From: an uncultured Acidobacteriota bacterium
GTDB lineage: Bacteria; Acidobacteriota; Terriglobia; Bryobacterales; Bryobacteraceae
DNA: 64,000 nucleotides
Direction of reading: 5' to 3'
Assembly (NCBI GenBank): GCA_902826605.1
Contig: CADEFM010000010.1
Location: 62,279 to 126,278 of the forward strand
Below, piece after piece: positions 9,566 to 19,801 of this stretch. Made by a program: the position numbers and the translations under genes. The notes under the pieces were generated by a model, which saw nothing but the letters and a program-made list of their open reading frames with translations, searched no databases and was not told where the DNA came from. The stretch's first letter is position 1. Every line of letters begins with the position of its first letter.

Positions 9566-10675
9566 CTATTTCACGTTCGCGGCCATCCATTTATGGAGCG
9601 CGGCGGCGATGTCGACGCTGTTTTTCTCCAGCATCATCATGTGGCCATTGCCTCGGATTCCGGCGTCTTCCAAACGCAGCAGGGTATTTTTCACCCCGGC
9701 CTGGGTCAGATACTTGGCGGTGCAGTGGTCGTACACCGCGTGGTAGGAAGCCTCGGCGGTCACAATCACGACCGGAATGCCCTTCAGATTCGACAACTGG
9801 CGCGGCGGATCGGTTTGCTTCCAACACGTCGCGAGGTCCGGTCCGTCAGGCGCTGCATCGCGCACATATTTTATGTCGCCGGCGGCTTTCGCTGGAGGAT
9901 CGTATACGAGTGGAATATCGGTGATGCCCCAGGGGCGCGCCTTGCCTTCGGCGTTCACCGTGTTCTCAAAAGGCGGCCCTTGCGGCTCGGCGGCGATGAT
10001 GCCCCTCACCAGCTTCGGTCTGGCATCCGCCAGTAGCCACCCGAACGGTCCCGCCTGCGAGTGCGTCAGGACTATGGATGGGCCGATTTTATCGAGCAGC
10101 GCCGTGCCCGCAGCCTGCATTAGTGTTTGCGTCTCGATGGCGCCGGCGATGTACTCCACCTGAGTTGCGTAAAAGGCATCGAAGATTGGGTCGCCCTTCT
10201 GTCCCTTACCTGGACCCGATCCCGGCCACTGCGTGTGTTTCTTCGCCTGCGGCCAGTTACCGTTTACTTCGGGTGCGGTGAATCGCTGCGCGATGATCGC
10301 GGGGGAGAAACCCGAAAGAGCGGCGTTGGTTGACGAATGCCAAGCTGAACGCCCCCGCGCGGGTTGATCGACCATATAGACCACATAGCCCTGGGAAAGA
10401 AAATAATCAGCCCATCCCGCGCGCCCATCGGGCGTGCCCATCCAGTTGGTCGCGGTCTGCGCGGCGCCGTGGAGCAGGACCAGTGGATATTTCTGGGTGA
10501 CACGCGCGGGGCGCAAAAACTCAACATACATCTGGCCGGTCATCACCTCGCTTGCGTTAGTGCCCGCGTAGTGGCCGCCCACGTAGAAGAACCCGTGTTG
10601 TGCAGTGGGCTGTTGTTGCCCCGGCGCGCCGAGGGCCGCGATAGCGGCGACGAGAGTAATGAGAGCCGATTTCAT
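9566..10675 (-). CDS. secreted alpha/beta hydrolase
   Basis: Signal peptide is present. HG oxyanion region is LVLLHGAAQT and the nucleophile elbow is LTHSQAGPFG. Confidence 0.7.
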   Translation of the reverse strand: MKSALITLVAAIAALGAPGQQQPTAQHGFFYVGGHYAGTNASEVMTGQMYVEFLRPARVTQKYPLVLLHGAAQTATNWMGTPDGRAGWADYFLSQGYVVYMVDQPARGRSAWHSSTNAALSGFSPAIIAQRFTAPEVNGNWPQAKKHTQWPGSGPGKGQKGDPIFDAFYATQVEYIAGAIETQTLMQAAGTALLDKIGPSIVLTHSQAGPFGWLLADARPKLVRGIIAAEPQGPPFENTVNAEGKARPWGITDIPLVYDPPAKAAGDIKYVRDAAPDGPDLATCWKQTDPPRQLSNLKGIPVVIVTAEASYHAVYDHCTAKYLTQAGVKNTLLRLEDAGIRGNGHMMMLEKNSVDIAAALHKWMAANVK

Positions 10676-10819
10676 CGAGATTTCAGCTTACTTCCCGGCG
10701 GCCATCAAAACAACCGCTTCCGGTGAGCGATTGTAGCCGGAGCGCAGGCCGCTGAGAAGCTGGCGGAACGTACGGCAGGCATCGTGTACGCTTCGGGACT
10801 GAAACAATATACTGAATCC

Positions 10820-12202
10820 ATGCGCCCTCTTCATGCTCTCGTGGCCGTGGGTCTAGCCGTTGCTATATGGTCCCAACAAGGGGCCGCGCAACCACCCACT
10901 GCATCTCAACGCGCAACGCTGTTCGAAGGTGCGCGACTCATCGCCGGGGATGGCCTCGCTCCAATCGAAAACGCGGCGTTTTTAGTGGAAAACGGGCGCT
11001 TTATCCGCGTCGGGCGAAAAGGGGAGATTCAGGCGCCAGCAGGTGCAATTCGCGTGGATCTGACAGGCAAGACAGTGATCCCCGCGCTAATCGACGGGCA
11101 TTCACACATCGGGTACATGAAACACCTGACCAGTGGAGCGCAAAACTACACGCGTGAGAATATCCTCGATCACATGCGGCGATTCGCGTATTTCGGCATC
11201 GCCGCGAGTCAGTCGATGGGGAGCGATTTCGGTGAGCTGCCGTTCCAACTCCGCGACGAAACGGCGGCGGGGAAGTATCCGGATGCCGCGAGATTTTTCA
11301 CCGCAGGCCGAGGTTTAGCGCCACTGGTTGAGATCAGCGCAGATAACATGCGGCAGGCCGCCTTTCCGATTACGACCGTGGCAGGCGCGCGCGCGTCGGT
11401 GCAGGAATTGGCTCCGCGGAAGGTGAAATTGATCAAGACCTGGGTGGACGACCGCGGTGGCGCAATCAGGCCATTGAGTCCTGAACTGTATCGCGCAATT
11501 TTCGATGAGGCGCACCGGAACAACTTGCGTGTCGCCGTTCATGCGACTGATCTTGCGCAGGCCAAGGAGCTATTGCGCGCCGGAATCGATGTGTTCGCAC
11601 ACATGATCAGCGACGTGGACGACGAACTGATCGATCTCTTCAAACAGCACCCGAAGACTGTGATCCTTTCGGCGCTTGGGGGCCCGCGGCGTGTGATTTT
11701 TGCGCCCTGGTTGAATCCGGTGCATCCACTTATTCGCGAGACTGTACTGCCCGAACAGATTGCGCGCTTGCAGCGCCGGATTCCGCTAACGGATTCTGCG
11801 CAACTCGCCACCTCGGCCGCAAGCTGGGAACGGCTGGCACGCGGCGTCGCGAAGCTATCCGCCGCAGGAATCAAGATCGGGGTTGGGACTGACGGCGGCG
11901 GCCAGCAGGGCGATCAGTTCCTGGGATGGACCATGCATACGGAGTTGGAAAATTTGGCGGCGGCTGGGATGACTCCGGCGCAGGTGATCGTCGCGGCCAC
12001 CCGCACGACTGCGGAGATTCTCGGAATTGACGATCTCGGAATGGTGGCTGTGGGCAAGAGCGCGGACTTCGTGGTGCTCGACGCGAATCCGCTGGACGAC
12101 ATCACGAACTCGCGAAAAATCTCTCAGGTCTATTTGCGAGGCGTGGCGATTGACCGTGCCCAACTCAGGGCAGGATTCATGAGCATGGCTGCGGCAAATT
12201 AA
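10820..12202 (+). CDS. amidohydrolase family protein (metal-dependent hydrolase), secreted
   Basis: ATG at 10820 gives the signal-like N-terminus MRPLHALVAVGLAVAIW. Metal-binding motif is IDGHSHIGY, with a later VHA, the GTDGG motif and DFVVLDANPL. Confidence 0.75.
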   Translation: MRPLHALVAVGLAVAIWSQQGAAQPPTASQRATLFEGARLIAGDGLAPIENAAFLVENGRFIRVGRKGEIQAPAGAIRVDLTGKTVIPALIDGHSHIGYMKHLTSGAQNYTRENILDHMRRFAYFGIAASQSMGSDFGELPFQLRDETAAGKYPDAARFFTAGRGLAPLVEISADNMRQAAFPITTVAGARASVQELAPRKVKLIKTWVDDRGGAIRPLSPELYRAIFDEAHRNNLRVAVHATDLAQAKELLRAGIDVFAHMISDVDDELIDLFKQHPKTVILSALGGPRRVIFAPWLNPVHPLIRETVLPEQIARLQRRIPLTDSAQLATSAASWERLARGVAKLSAAGIKIGVGTDGGGQQGDQFLGWTMHTELENLAAAGMTPAQVIVAATRTTAEILGIDDLGMVAVGKSADFVVLDANPLDDITNSRKISQVYLRGVAIDRAQLRAGFMSMAAAN

Positions 12203-12467
12203 CGAGTTTCCTGGCGCAACCTGCACGGGGTGCGCACTAGCCATCGCCCACGGCAGCGATCATGCTTTCGATCAGCGACGCACGCGCTGCATTTCCAAAA
12301 ACTACTCTGTGGTCAAGAAACACTAGCTCTAATCCTTATTGTCAGTCGGGAGACATCAGAGCATACTTCGGGCAGATCTTAAATGATCCATCGAATTTCC
12401 GGTGACAGCAAAAGTCGTGCTACTCCAGATTGGCGCGGCCTAGGCGAAACCCGAAGGATAAGCAACA

Positions 12468-13145
12468 ATGAAACTCAGATGTCTCGCTCCTAAGGCTGCC
12501 TTGATCGTTGGCCTTGGTTCCTTCTTCCTGGCTGCCAGCGCCAGTGCCGGCCCTATCTTCTTCGATACCTTGTCTTCGGGATTCGTGGGGGGCAGTGCGT
12601 GTGTCCCGCCTGCCTTGGGTTCAACGTGTTTTAACAGCACATCTGGCGCCGGGGCGACGATCGGGTTCATAGCGGACCCGCCGGCTGCTGCCCTGGGCAA
12701 CGTCAATTACGGGAATTTTACTCTCGTATGTCCGACTTGCACGACTACGGCAGGCGGCATAGGCGCGTTTTTCCCCGCCCTGACGTTTAACCTGGTTGTA
12801 CACGATATCACCGACAACACCTTCGGGACGTTTGTAGGTACCGCAGCCGCAGGGTCGGTCTTCCTTGATGCTAGTACGATGACCTTCAATTGGGTGCCGC
12901 TGCAACTCGGACCGGGCACTGCCGGCGCATCAGGGGGCAGTGGCAGTTTCGGCACTACCTCGTTCAATATCATTCTGCAAACGAGGATCGTCAATCCGAC
13001 GTCAGGCGCGCAAATCGGGAGTTCGACGGTTCAGGGATCGATCGATGATGGCGTCGTCCCCGAGCCGGCGACACTTGGCCTGGTCGGCAGCGCGCTTCTT
13101 GTTCTGGGTATCTTCCGCCGCAGGATTCTTCCGCAGGCAAGCTGA
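12468..13145 (+). CDS. PEP-CTERM sorting domain protein
   Basis: N-terminal signal peptide is present. The C-terminal VPEPATLGLVGSALLVLGIFRRR is a PEP-CTERM anchor. Confidence 0.85.
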   Translation: MKLRCLAPKAALIVGLGSFFLAASASAGPIFFDTLSSGFVGGSACVPPALGSTCFNSTSGAGATIGFIADPPAAALGNVNYGNFTLVCPTCTTTAGGIGAFFPALTFNLVVHDITDNTFGTFVGTAAAGSVFLDASTMTFNWVPLQLGPGTAGASGGSGSFGTTSFNIILQTRIVNPTSGAQIGSSTVQGSIDDGVVPEPATLGLVGSALLVLGIFRRRILPQAS

Positions 13146-13152
13146 ATCGGTT

Positions 13153-13722
13153 CTATTGCGCGCGCTTGAAATGCGCCACGAACACGGCTGTACCCAAAAT
13201 GTGCCCGTCGAGCGCTTTCATTGCGTCAGCACGGGTCGCCTCAGCGCTCAGGTCGAGTTTCGTATCCAGGGCATACAATTCGAAGGTGTAGTGATGGATG
13301 AGCGCGGGAGGTGCGCACGGCCCGAAATAGCCGGCGGTCTGCCGGATATTCTTCATCTGCTTCGCGCCATTCGGCAAATCGCCATTTTGTACGCCCTCAG
13401 GCAATTCGGTCACGTTCGCCGGAATGTTATAGATGAACCAGTGGGTGATGTCGTAGATGCTCTTCTGCGGATGTGGTTCGGGATCGTGCAGCAGGATTGC
13501 GAAGCTTTGCGTGCCCGCCGGCGTGTTGGTCCACTGAATTCGCGGCGAAACACCCGCTGGTGCATTGCTGCAGGAGAACTTTATTGGTAAGTCTCCACCG
13601 TCCTTTAGATCGGGAATCATCATCGTAAGAGGCGGCGCCGGTGGCGCTTTTTTCGCTTGCTCCTGGGCCTGGATGCCGCAGGCACCCACCAGAAGCGCAG
13701 CGCATAGTAAGAACTGTTTCAT
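13153..13722 (-). CDS. YbhB/YbcL (PEBP, Raf kinase inhibitor-like) family protein, secreted
   Basis: Signal peptide is present. PEBP-type motifs are LLHDPEP, THWFIYNIP and HHYTFELYALD. Confidence 0.8.
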   Translation of the reverse strand: MKQFLLCAALLVGACGIQAQEQAKKAPPAPPLTMMIPDLKDGGDLPIKFSCSNAPAGVSPRIQWTNTPAGTQSFAILLHDPEPHPQKSIYDITHWFIYNIPANVTELPEGVQNGDLPNGAKQMKNIRQTAGYFGPCAPPALIHHYTFELYALDTKLDLSAEATRADAMKALDGHILGTAVFVAHFKRAQ

Positions 13723-14006
13723 TTCAGAAATTCTCCTTCGTTACATGATAACGTGAGACCGTCGCTGACAGATCTCCGCCGATCAGGCCTCGGACTGGGT
13801 GGGATTGCTCCTGTTACCGCCGGCCGCGTAGCGACTGCTCCGGTACCCGAAGCAGTGCCCTGGCGAGGGTTCCTTCTTTCAAGCCGCGAGCCGCGCACCA
13901 GAACCTGGGCTCCCCGACTATCGTGTCAATCAATATTTTGAATGACGCCGGGGTGTCGTTCTCTGCGAAAATCAGGGGTGGAAGCGTTGCTCGCGAGGGG
14001 CAACAC

Positions 14007-15461
14007 ATGCAGTTCAATACTTATCAAACCGAGAACTTTCACGATGAAATGTTCGACGAGAAAGGCGTGGCCCGGCCAGAAGCGCGTTTGCTTCTGGAAA
14101 CCATCCAGTCCCTAGAGGACGGCCAGCTGGAGCGCTGCCAGCTCTCGGCCGAGCGCCTATTGTTACAGTTGGGAATCACGTTCAACGTCTATGGCGATTC
14201 CTCCGGCACCGAGCGCATTTTCCCATTCGATCTGATCCCCCGTATCGTTGATGCAAAGGAATGGGACTGGATCGAGCGCGGTCTGAAACAAAGAATCCAC
14301 GCGCTAAATGCCTTTATCGATGACATTTACCACGACCAAAAAATCCTGAAGGACAGGATTATCCCGGAAGAAGTAATTCATTCGGCGGCTTTCTATCGTT
14401 CGCAGTGCATGGGCATCAATCCGCCCGGAGGGGTCTGGTGCCACATCACCGGCACCGATCTGGTCCGGCACGGCGATGGGCAGATTTACGTTCTTGAAGA
14501 CAACCTTCGCGTACCGTCCGGGGTCAGTTATGTGTTGGAAAACCGCGATCTGATGAAGCGCACCTTTCCGCAGGTTTTTGAAGGCTTGCGGGTGCGTCCG
14601 GTGGACGACTATCCCAGCAAGCTGCTGGAAACGCTGAGCTCGATCGCGCCGAAGGGCGCGACGGACAATCCCACAGTGGTGGTGCTCACGCCGGGAATCT
14701 TCAACTCCGCGTACTTCGAACATAGTTTTCTGGCGCAGAAAATGGGCGTGCAACTGGTGGAAGGCCGGGATTTGGCGGTACAGGACAATTTCGTTTGGAT
14801 GCGCACAACCAAAGGATTGCGTAAAGTAGACGTGATCTACCGCCGCATCGACGACGATTTCCTGGACCCCAAGACTTTCCGCGCCGATTCCGTACTGGGC
14901 GTGCCAGGCCTGGTAGAAGCTTATCGTGCCGGAAACGTGTCTTTGGCGAACGCGCCCGGTAATGGCGTCGCCGACGATAAGGTGGTGTACGCGTACGTAC
15001 CCGACATGATCCGCTACTACGAGGGCGAGGACGCGATTCTGCCGAACGTGCCCACGTATCTGTGCTGGCGCGATCAGGATCGCCAGCACGTGCTGCAGAA
15101 TTTGGACAAACTTGTGGTTAAAGCGGCCAATGAGGCGGGTGGCTATGGGATGCTCATCGGTCCGCATTCAACTGCCGAGCAGCGCGAGGATTTTCACGCA
15201 AGGATCACCGCCAATCCGCGTAACTATATCGCGCAGCCGACGCTTGCGCTCTCGCGCGTGCCCACGCTTGTCGACGATCACTTGGAAGGGCGTCACGTGG
15301 ACCTGCGGCCCTACATACTTTACGGCAAGGAAATCAATGTGCTGCCGGGAGGCCTGACGCGCGTGGCCTTGCGCAAAGGGTCGCTGGTCGTCAATTCCTC
15401 GCAGGGCGGGGGAAGCAAAGACACGTGGGTCCTCGCCGCGGCGGAAGGATCCAAGGCATGA
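14007..15461 (+). CDS. circularly permuted type-2 ATP-grasp protein (DUF404/DUF407)
   Basis: ATG at 14007. Family-typical stretches include [36 protein letters not shown] and [10 protein letters not shown]. The stop overlaps the next start (ATGA). Confidence 0.8.
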   Translation: MQFNTYQTENFHDEMFDEKGVARPEARLLLETIQSLEDGQLERCQLSAERLLLQLGITFNVYGDSSGTERIFPFDLIPRIVDAKEWDWIERGLKQRIHALNAFIDDIYHDQKILKDRIIPEEVIHSAAFYRSQCMGINPPGGVWCHITGTDLVRHGDGQIYVLEDNLRVPSGVSYVLENRDLMKRTFPQVFEGLRVRPVDDYPSKLLETLSSIAPKGATDNPTVVVLTPGIFNSAYFEHSFLAQKMGVQLVEGRDLAVQDNFVWMRTTKGLRKVDVIYRRIDDDFLDPKTFRADSVLGVPGLVEAYRAGNVSLANAPGNGVADDKVVYAYVPDMIRYYEGEDAILPNVPTYLCWRDQDRQHVLQNLDKLVVKAANEAGGYGMLIGPHSTAEQREDFHARITANPRNYIAQPTLALSRVPTLVDDHLEGRHVDLRPYILYGKEINVLPGGLTRVALRKGSLVVNSSQGGGSKDTWVLAAAEGSKA

Positions 15462-16489
15462 CCGGCGTGACCCGTCCGCTTTTGAGCCGCGTTGCCGACG
15501 CCCTTTACTGGATGGGGCGCTACATGGAACGGGCGGAGAGCGTCGCGCGTTTCATCGGTGTGAATCTGAACCTGCAACTGGATTTGCCGCTCGATCCGGC
15601 GCGGCAATGGCAGCCGCTGATCGACACCAGCGGAGACACGGAGGTTTTCAAAGAAAGGTACGGCGCCGCAACCCAGGATAGCGTCATTGAGTTTCTGGCT
15701 TACGACACCGAGAACCCCAATTCGATCTATTCCTGCCTGACGTCCGCCCGCGAAAACGCGCGCTCCGTGCGCGAGACCATCTCATCGGAAATGTGGGCTC
15801 AAGTCAACAGCATGTACCTACAGGTGCAGTCCCAGCGGGAGATGCCGGACCCCGAATGGCTGCCCGAAGTGTTCCGCAGCATCCGTCTTGGTTCGCACAT
15901 GTTTCAGGGCGTCACCGACGCCACGATGTCGCACAGCGAGGCGTGGCACTTTGTCCGGCTGGGCCGTAAGCTGGAGCGCGCGGATAAAACATCGCGCATC
16001 TTAGACGTGAAATATTTCATGCTCTTGCCTTCCTTGCGCGACGTGGGAACGCCGTATGACGATATTCAATGGTCCGCCGTGCTTCGCTCCGTGAGTGCGT
16101 TCGAGATGTATCGCAAGAAATATGGGCGGATCGCCCCGCGCGAAATTGTGGAGTTTCTGGTGTTGGACCGTGAGTTTCCGCGCTCCGTGCACTATTGCAT
16201 CCGCACGGCGGATGAATCTTTGCATGCGATCACCGGGGCGCCTATGGGATCGTATAGGTACCCTTCCGAGCAGTACATTGGACTGTTGCGATCGGAACTC
16301 GATTTCATGTCGGTGGAATCCATCATCGGACAGGGAATCCACGAATACCTCGATGCCCTGCAAGTGAAAATGAATACCATCGATAGCAGCGTCGCAAACG
16401 ATTTCGTGGCCCGGATTCCACAGGACCAGACTGCACCATCGCAGTCCCAATCCCAATCCCAAGCTCAGGCCGGAAGAAGCAGCCGCTGA
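15458..16489 (+). CDS. alpha-E domain protein (DUF403)
   Basis: [20 protein letters not shown] is the hallmark alpha-E N-terminus. It is translationally coupled on both sides. Confidence 0.8.
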   Translation: MTGVTRPLLSRVADALYWMGRYMERAESVARFIGVNLNLQLDLPLDPARQWQPLIDTSGDTEVFKERYGAATQDSVIEFLAYDTENPNSIYSCLTSARENARSVRETISSEMWAQVNSMYLQVQSQREMPDPEWLPEVFRSIRLGSHMFQGVTDATMSHSEAWHFVRLGRKLERADKTSRILDVKYFMLLPSLRDVGTPYDDIQWSAVLRSVSAFEMYRKKYGRIAPREIVEFLVLDREFPRSVHYCIRTADESLHAITGAPMGSYRYPSEQYIGLLRSELDFMSVESIIGQGIHEYLDALQVKMNTIDSSVANDFVARIPQDQTAPSQSQSQSQAQAGRSSR

Positions 16490-19400
16490 TGGGGATTCGA
16501 GTCGCATTGCATCACAAGACGGTCTATCGATATGACCGTTTGGTCACGCTTTCGCCGCAAACCGTCCGCCTGCGGCCCGCGCCGCACAGCCGCACGCCTG
16601 TTCCGAGCTACTCCTTAGGCGTCCTGCCCAAGGGGCATTTCATCAACTGGCAGCAGGACCCGCAGGGCAATTTTCTGGCGCGTCTTGTGTTTCCCGAACC
16701 CACGCGCGAGTTCTCCGTGGAAGTGGATCTGACTGCGGAGATGACCGTCATTAATCCGTTCGATTTCTTTCTCGAACCGTATGCCGAAACGTTCCCGTTC
16801 CGCTATGAAGGCTGGCTGGAGCATGAGCTTGCGCCGTTCCTGATCGCTGCGCCAGCGGGTCCGCGCTTGCGAGATTTTCTGGCATCGATCGACCGGACTC
16901 CAGCTCAGACCATCAACGCTTTGGTGAATCTGAATCGTCTGGTGCAGAATGCCGTGCGTTACCTGATCCGCATGGAGCCGGGCGTGCAAAGTGCGGAGGA
17001 GACGCTTGAACTGGGCTGCGGCTCCTGCCGCGATTCGAGTTGGCTGCTGGTGCAGGTACTGCGTCATCTGGGGCTGGCGGCACGTTTCGTTTCGGGATAT
17101 TTGATTCAGCTCAAACCCGACGTGAAGCCGCTCGAAGGTCCCGAAGGGCCGCAAACGGACTTCACGGATTTGCATGCCTGGGCCGAAGTTTATTTGCCGG
17201 GCGCCGGCTGGGTGGGATTAGATCCGACTTCCGGATTGCTGGCAGGCGAGGGGCACATTCCATTGGCGGCGACGCCGGAGCCGCACTCCGCCGCGCCCAT
17301 CTCGGGATTGGTGAGCCCTTCCGAAGTCGAATTTCACCACGAGATGAAGGTAACGCGAATTCATGAAGATCCACGCGTCACCAAACCCTATACGGATGAA
17401 CAGTGGCAGCGCATTACGAAATTGGGCGAGCAGATCGACGCTGAACTTGAGGCGGGCGATGTGCGCCTCACTATGGGAGGAGAGCCGACATTCGTCTCGA
17501 TTGACGACATGGACGGCGATGAGTGGACCACTGCGGCGTTTGGCCCTACGAAGAAACGGCTGGCGGGAGAGTTGCTCGGCCGGCTGCGGCAAAAGTTCGG
17601 CCCCGGAGGCTTGCTGCATTTTGGACAAGGCAAATGGTACCCGGGCGAATCCCTGCCGCGCTGGGCTTACACCTGTTACTGGCGAACTGATGGACTGCCC
17701 GTGTGGTGTGACCCGCAATGGTTTGCGGACCCGGACCGCGACTATGGCTTTGACACGGAGCATGCTCGGAAGTTTGCCCAGGGATTGTCGGTGAGGCTGA
17801 ACCTTGGTCAAGAGCATTTGATCCCAGCCTATGAAGATGCGTTTGTTTATGAGCAAAAGGAACGTCAACTTCCGGTAAACGTCAACCCGGAGGATAGCAA
17901 AGTGGACCGCCCTGAAGAACGCGAGCGTCTTCGCAAGGTCTTCTCCCGAGGGTTGAAGGAACCGGTCGGATTCGTTTTGCCTATACAGCGTGCCGACGGC
18001 AAGGACGGGCCAGAATGGCAGACTGGACCATGGAAGCTGCGGACGCAGGATCTATTCTTGATTCCAGGCGATTCCCCGGTTGGGCTGCGTCTTCCTCTGC
18101 AGAGTCTTCCGTGGGAACCTCCGGAAGAGGTGCAAGAAGTCTGGGAGATTGATCCGATGTCACCGGTTGTTGCCTTGCCGGCGCCGAAGCGGCACAGCCT
18201 TGAAAGCGATCCCGCAGCGCGAGATGGAGTTGCCACTCAGATGCGGCCCGCGCCGCCGAAGCACGTAGTCCGAACGGCATTGGCCTTTGAAGCGAGGGAA
18301 GGCAGGGTATGTGTTTTCCTTCCCCCCGTGAAGTCCGCGGAAGACTTCGTGCATCTGCTTGCCGCACTCGAAGACACAGCGGCGCGCCTGCAGATGCCGG
18401 TTCTGATAGAGGGCTATTCGCCACCCTACGATCCGCGCCTGCAATCCATTAAGATCACGCCGGACCCCGGCGTGATCGAAGTCAACGTGCATCCCGCCAG
18501 GAACTGGAGCGAACTCGTCGACCATACCACGACGCTTTACGAGGAAGCGCGTCTGACCCGGTTGGGCACCGAAAAATTCATGCTGGACGGACGCCATACC
18601 GGCACGGGAGGCGGCAATCATCTGGTGCTGGGCGGCGCGACTCCGCAGGATAGTCCATTTCTGCGGCGTCCCGATCTACTCAAGAGCTTTATCGGATACT
18701 GGCTGAATCACCCTGCGTTGTCTTATCTTTTTTCAGGGATGTTCGTGGGGCCAACTAGTCAGGCGCCGCGTGTGGACGAGACTCGGCCGGATGCCATCTA
18801 CGAGTTGGAAATCGCGTTCGGTCTCTTGGAAGGAAAGGAAGGGAAGTGCCCGCCCTGGCTGGTGGATCGCCTCTTCCGGGATCTCTTGGTGGACGTAACC
18901 GGCAACACACATCGAGCCGAATTCTGCATCGATAAGCTCTATTCGCCCGACAGCGCGACGGGCCGGTTAGGCTTACTGGAGATGAGAGCCTTCGAAATGC
19001 CGCCTCATGCGCGGATGAGTCTGGCGCAGCAACTACTGGTGCGCGCGCTGATCGCCTATTTTTGGCGCAAGCCATTCGAGGACAAGCCTGTGCGCTGGGG
19101 AACTCGATTGCACGACCGATATCTGCTGCCCTACTTCGTCGAAAAAGATTTTCGAACAGTGATTGAGGATCTGCGGCGCGGCGGCTATTCGATGGAAGCC
19201 GAATGGTTCACTCCGCATTTGGAATTTCGGTTTCCGGTGCATGGCCGCGTGGATTATGAAGGCATAGAGATCGAACTAAGGCAAGCGATTGAACCGTGGT
19301 ATGTATTAGGCGAGGAGCCGGGTGGCGGCGCGACCGCGCGCTACGTGGATTCTTCGGTGGAGCGTCTGCAAGTGCGCGTGAAAGGTTTGACGGAACGCTA

Positions 19401-19800
19401 CATCGTTACGTGTAACGGCCGGCGATTACCGCTGCAATCCACCGGGACTCATGGCGAGTATGTTTGCGGCGTGCGCTATCGGGCCTGGCAACCCCCGCGT
19501 TGTCTGCATCCGACCATCCCGGTGCAGGCTCCTTTGGTGATCGACCTGGTGGATGCTGTGGCAGGACGTTCCATCGGAGGCTGTACCTACCATGTGGCGC
19601 ACCCAGGCGGGCGGAACTACGACACCTTTGCGGTAAACTCCAATGAGGCGGAGGCGCGCCGCAAGACGCGTTTCTTTGCCTTCGGCCATACGCCGGGTCC
19701 CATGCCCATTCCCGCGATAGAGGAAAATCCGGAATTTCCGTCGACCCTCGATCTGCGCTGGCAGAGTGGCCGGCAGGCGGCCGCGAACACCCGGAGTTGA
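16489..19800 (+). CDS. large transglutaminase-like protein (Bact_transglu_N + transglutaminase core + DUF2126)
   Basis: 1103 aa. The transglutaminase core is GSCRDSSWLLVQVLRHLGLAARFVSGY...HAWAEVYLPGAGWVGLDPT. The long C-terminal extension is typical of the DUF2126 family. Confidence 0.8.
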   Translation: MGIRVALHHKTVYRYDRLVTLSPQTVRLRPAPHSRTPVPSYSLGVLPKGHFINWQQDPQGNFLARLVFPEPTREFSVEVDLTAEMTVINPFDFFLEPYAETFPFRYEGWLEHELAPFLIAAPAGPRLRDFLASIDRTPAQTINALVNLNRLVQNAVRYLIRMEPGVQSAEETLELGCGSCRDSSWLLVQVLRHLGLAARFVSGYLIQLKPDVKPLEGPEGPQTDFTDLHAWAEVYLPGAGWVGLDPTSGLLAGEGHIPLAATPEPHSAAPISGLVSPSEVEFHHEMKVTRIHEDPRVTKPYTDEQWQRITKLGEQIDAELEAGDVRLTMGGEPTFVSIDDMDGDEWTTAAFGPTKKRLAGELLGRLRQKFGPGGLLHFGQGKWYPGESLPRWAYTCYWRTDGLPVWCDPQWFADPDRDYGFDTEHARKFAQGLSVRLNLGQEHLIPAYEDAFVYEQKERQLPVNVNPEDSKVDRPEERERLRKVFSRGLKEPVGFVLPIQRADGKDGPEWQTGPWKLRTQDLFLIPGDSPVGLRLPLQSLPWEPPEEVQEVWEIDPMSPVVALPAPKRHSLESDPAARDGVATQMRPAPPKHVVRTALAFEAREGRVCVFLPPVKSAEDFVHLLAALEDTAARLQMPVLIEGYSPPYDPRLQSIKITPDPGVIEVNVHPARNWSELVDHTTTLYEEARLTRLGTEKFMLDGRHTGTGGGNHLVLGGATPQDSPFLRRPDLLKSFIGYWLNHPALSYLFSGMFVGPTSQAPRVDETRPDAIYELEIAFGLLEGKEGKCPPWLVDRLFRDLLVDVTGNTHRAEFCIDKLYSPDSATGRLGLLEMRAFEMPPHARMSLAQQLLVRALIAYFWRKPFEDKPVRWGTRLHDRYLLPYFVEKDFRTVIEDLRRGGYSMEAEWFTPHLEFRFPVHGRVDYEGIEIELRQAIEPWYVLGEEPGGGATARYVDSSVERLQVRVKGLTERYIVTCNGRRLPLQSTGTHGEYVCGVRYRAWQPPRCLHPTIPVQAPLVIDLVDAVAGRSIGGCTYHVAHPGGRNYDTFAVNSNEAEARRKTRFFAFGHTPGPMPIPAIEENPEFPSTLDLRWQSGRQAAANTRS

Positions 19801-19801
19801 C

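Noticed and set aside
12212-12225. Sigma-54-like TGGCGC-N-TGCA upstream of the PEP-CTERM gene
   Set aside because: The spacing between the GG and GC elements is 2 nt too short for a -24/-12 promoter.
16445-16462. Hexanucleotide repeat (TCCCAA)x3 encoding QSQSQS at the C-terminus of the alpha-E protein
   Set aside because: It has only three units, lies inside coding sequence and encodes a low-complexity tail. There is no evidence of phase variation.
19766-19801. ATG 19766 as the start of the fused ATP-grasp/alpha-E gene
   Set aside because: It would overlap the preceding gene by 35 nt. GTG 19802, with GGAG 6 nt upstream and directly after the stop, is more consistent with the coupling seen elsewhere in the cluster. 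This remains uncertain.
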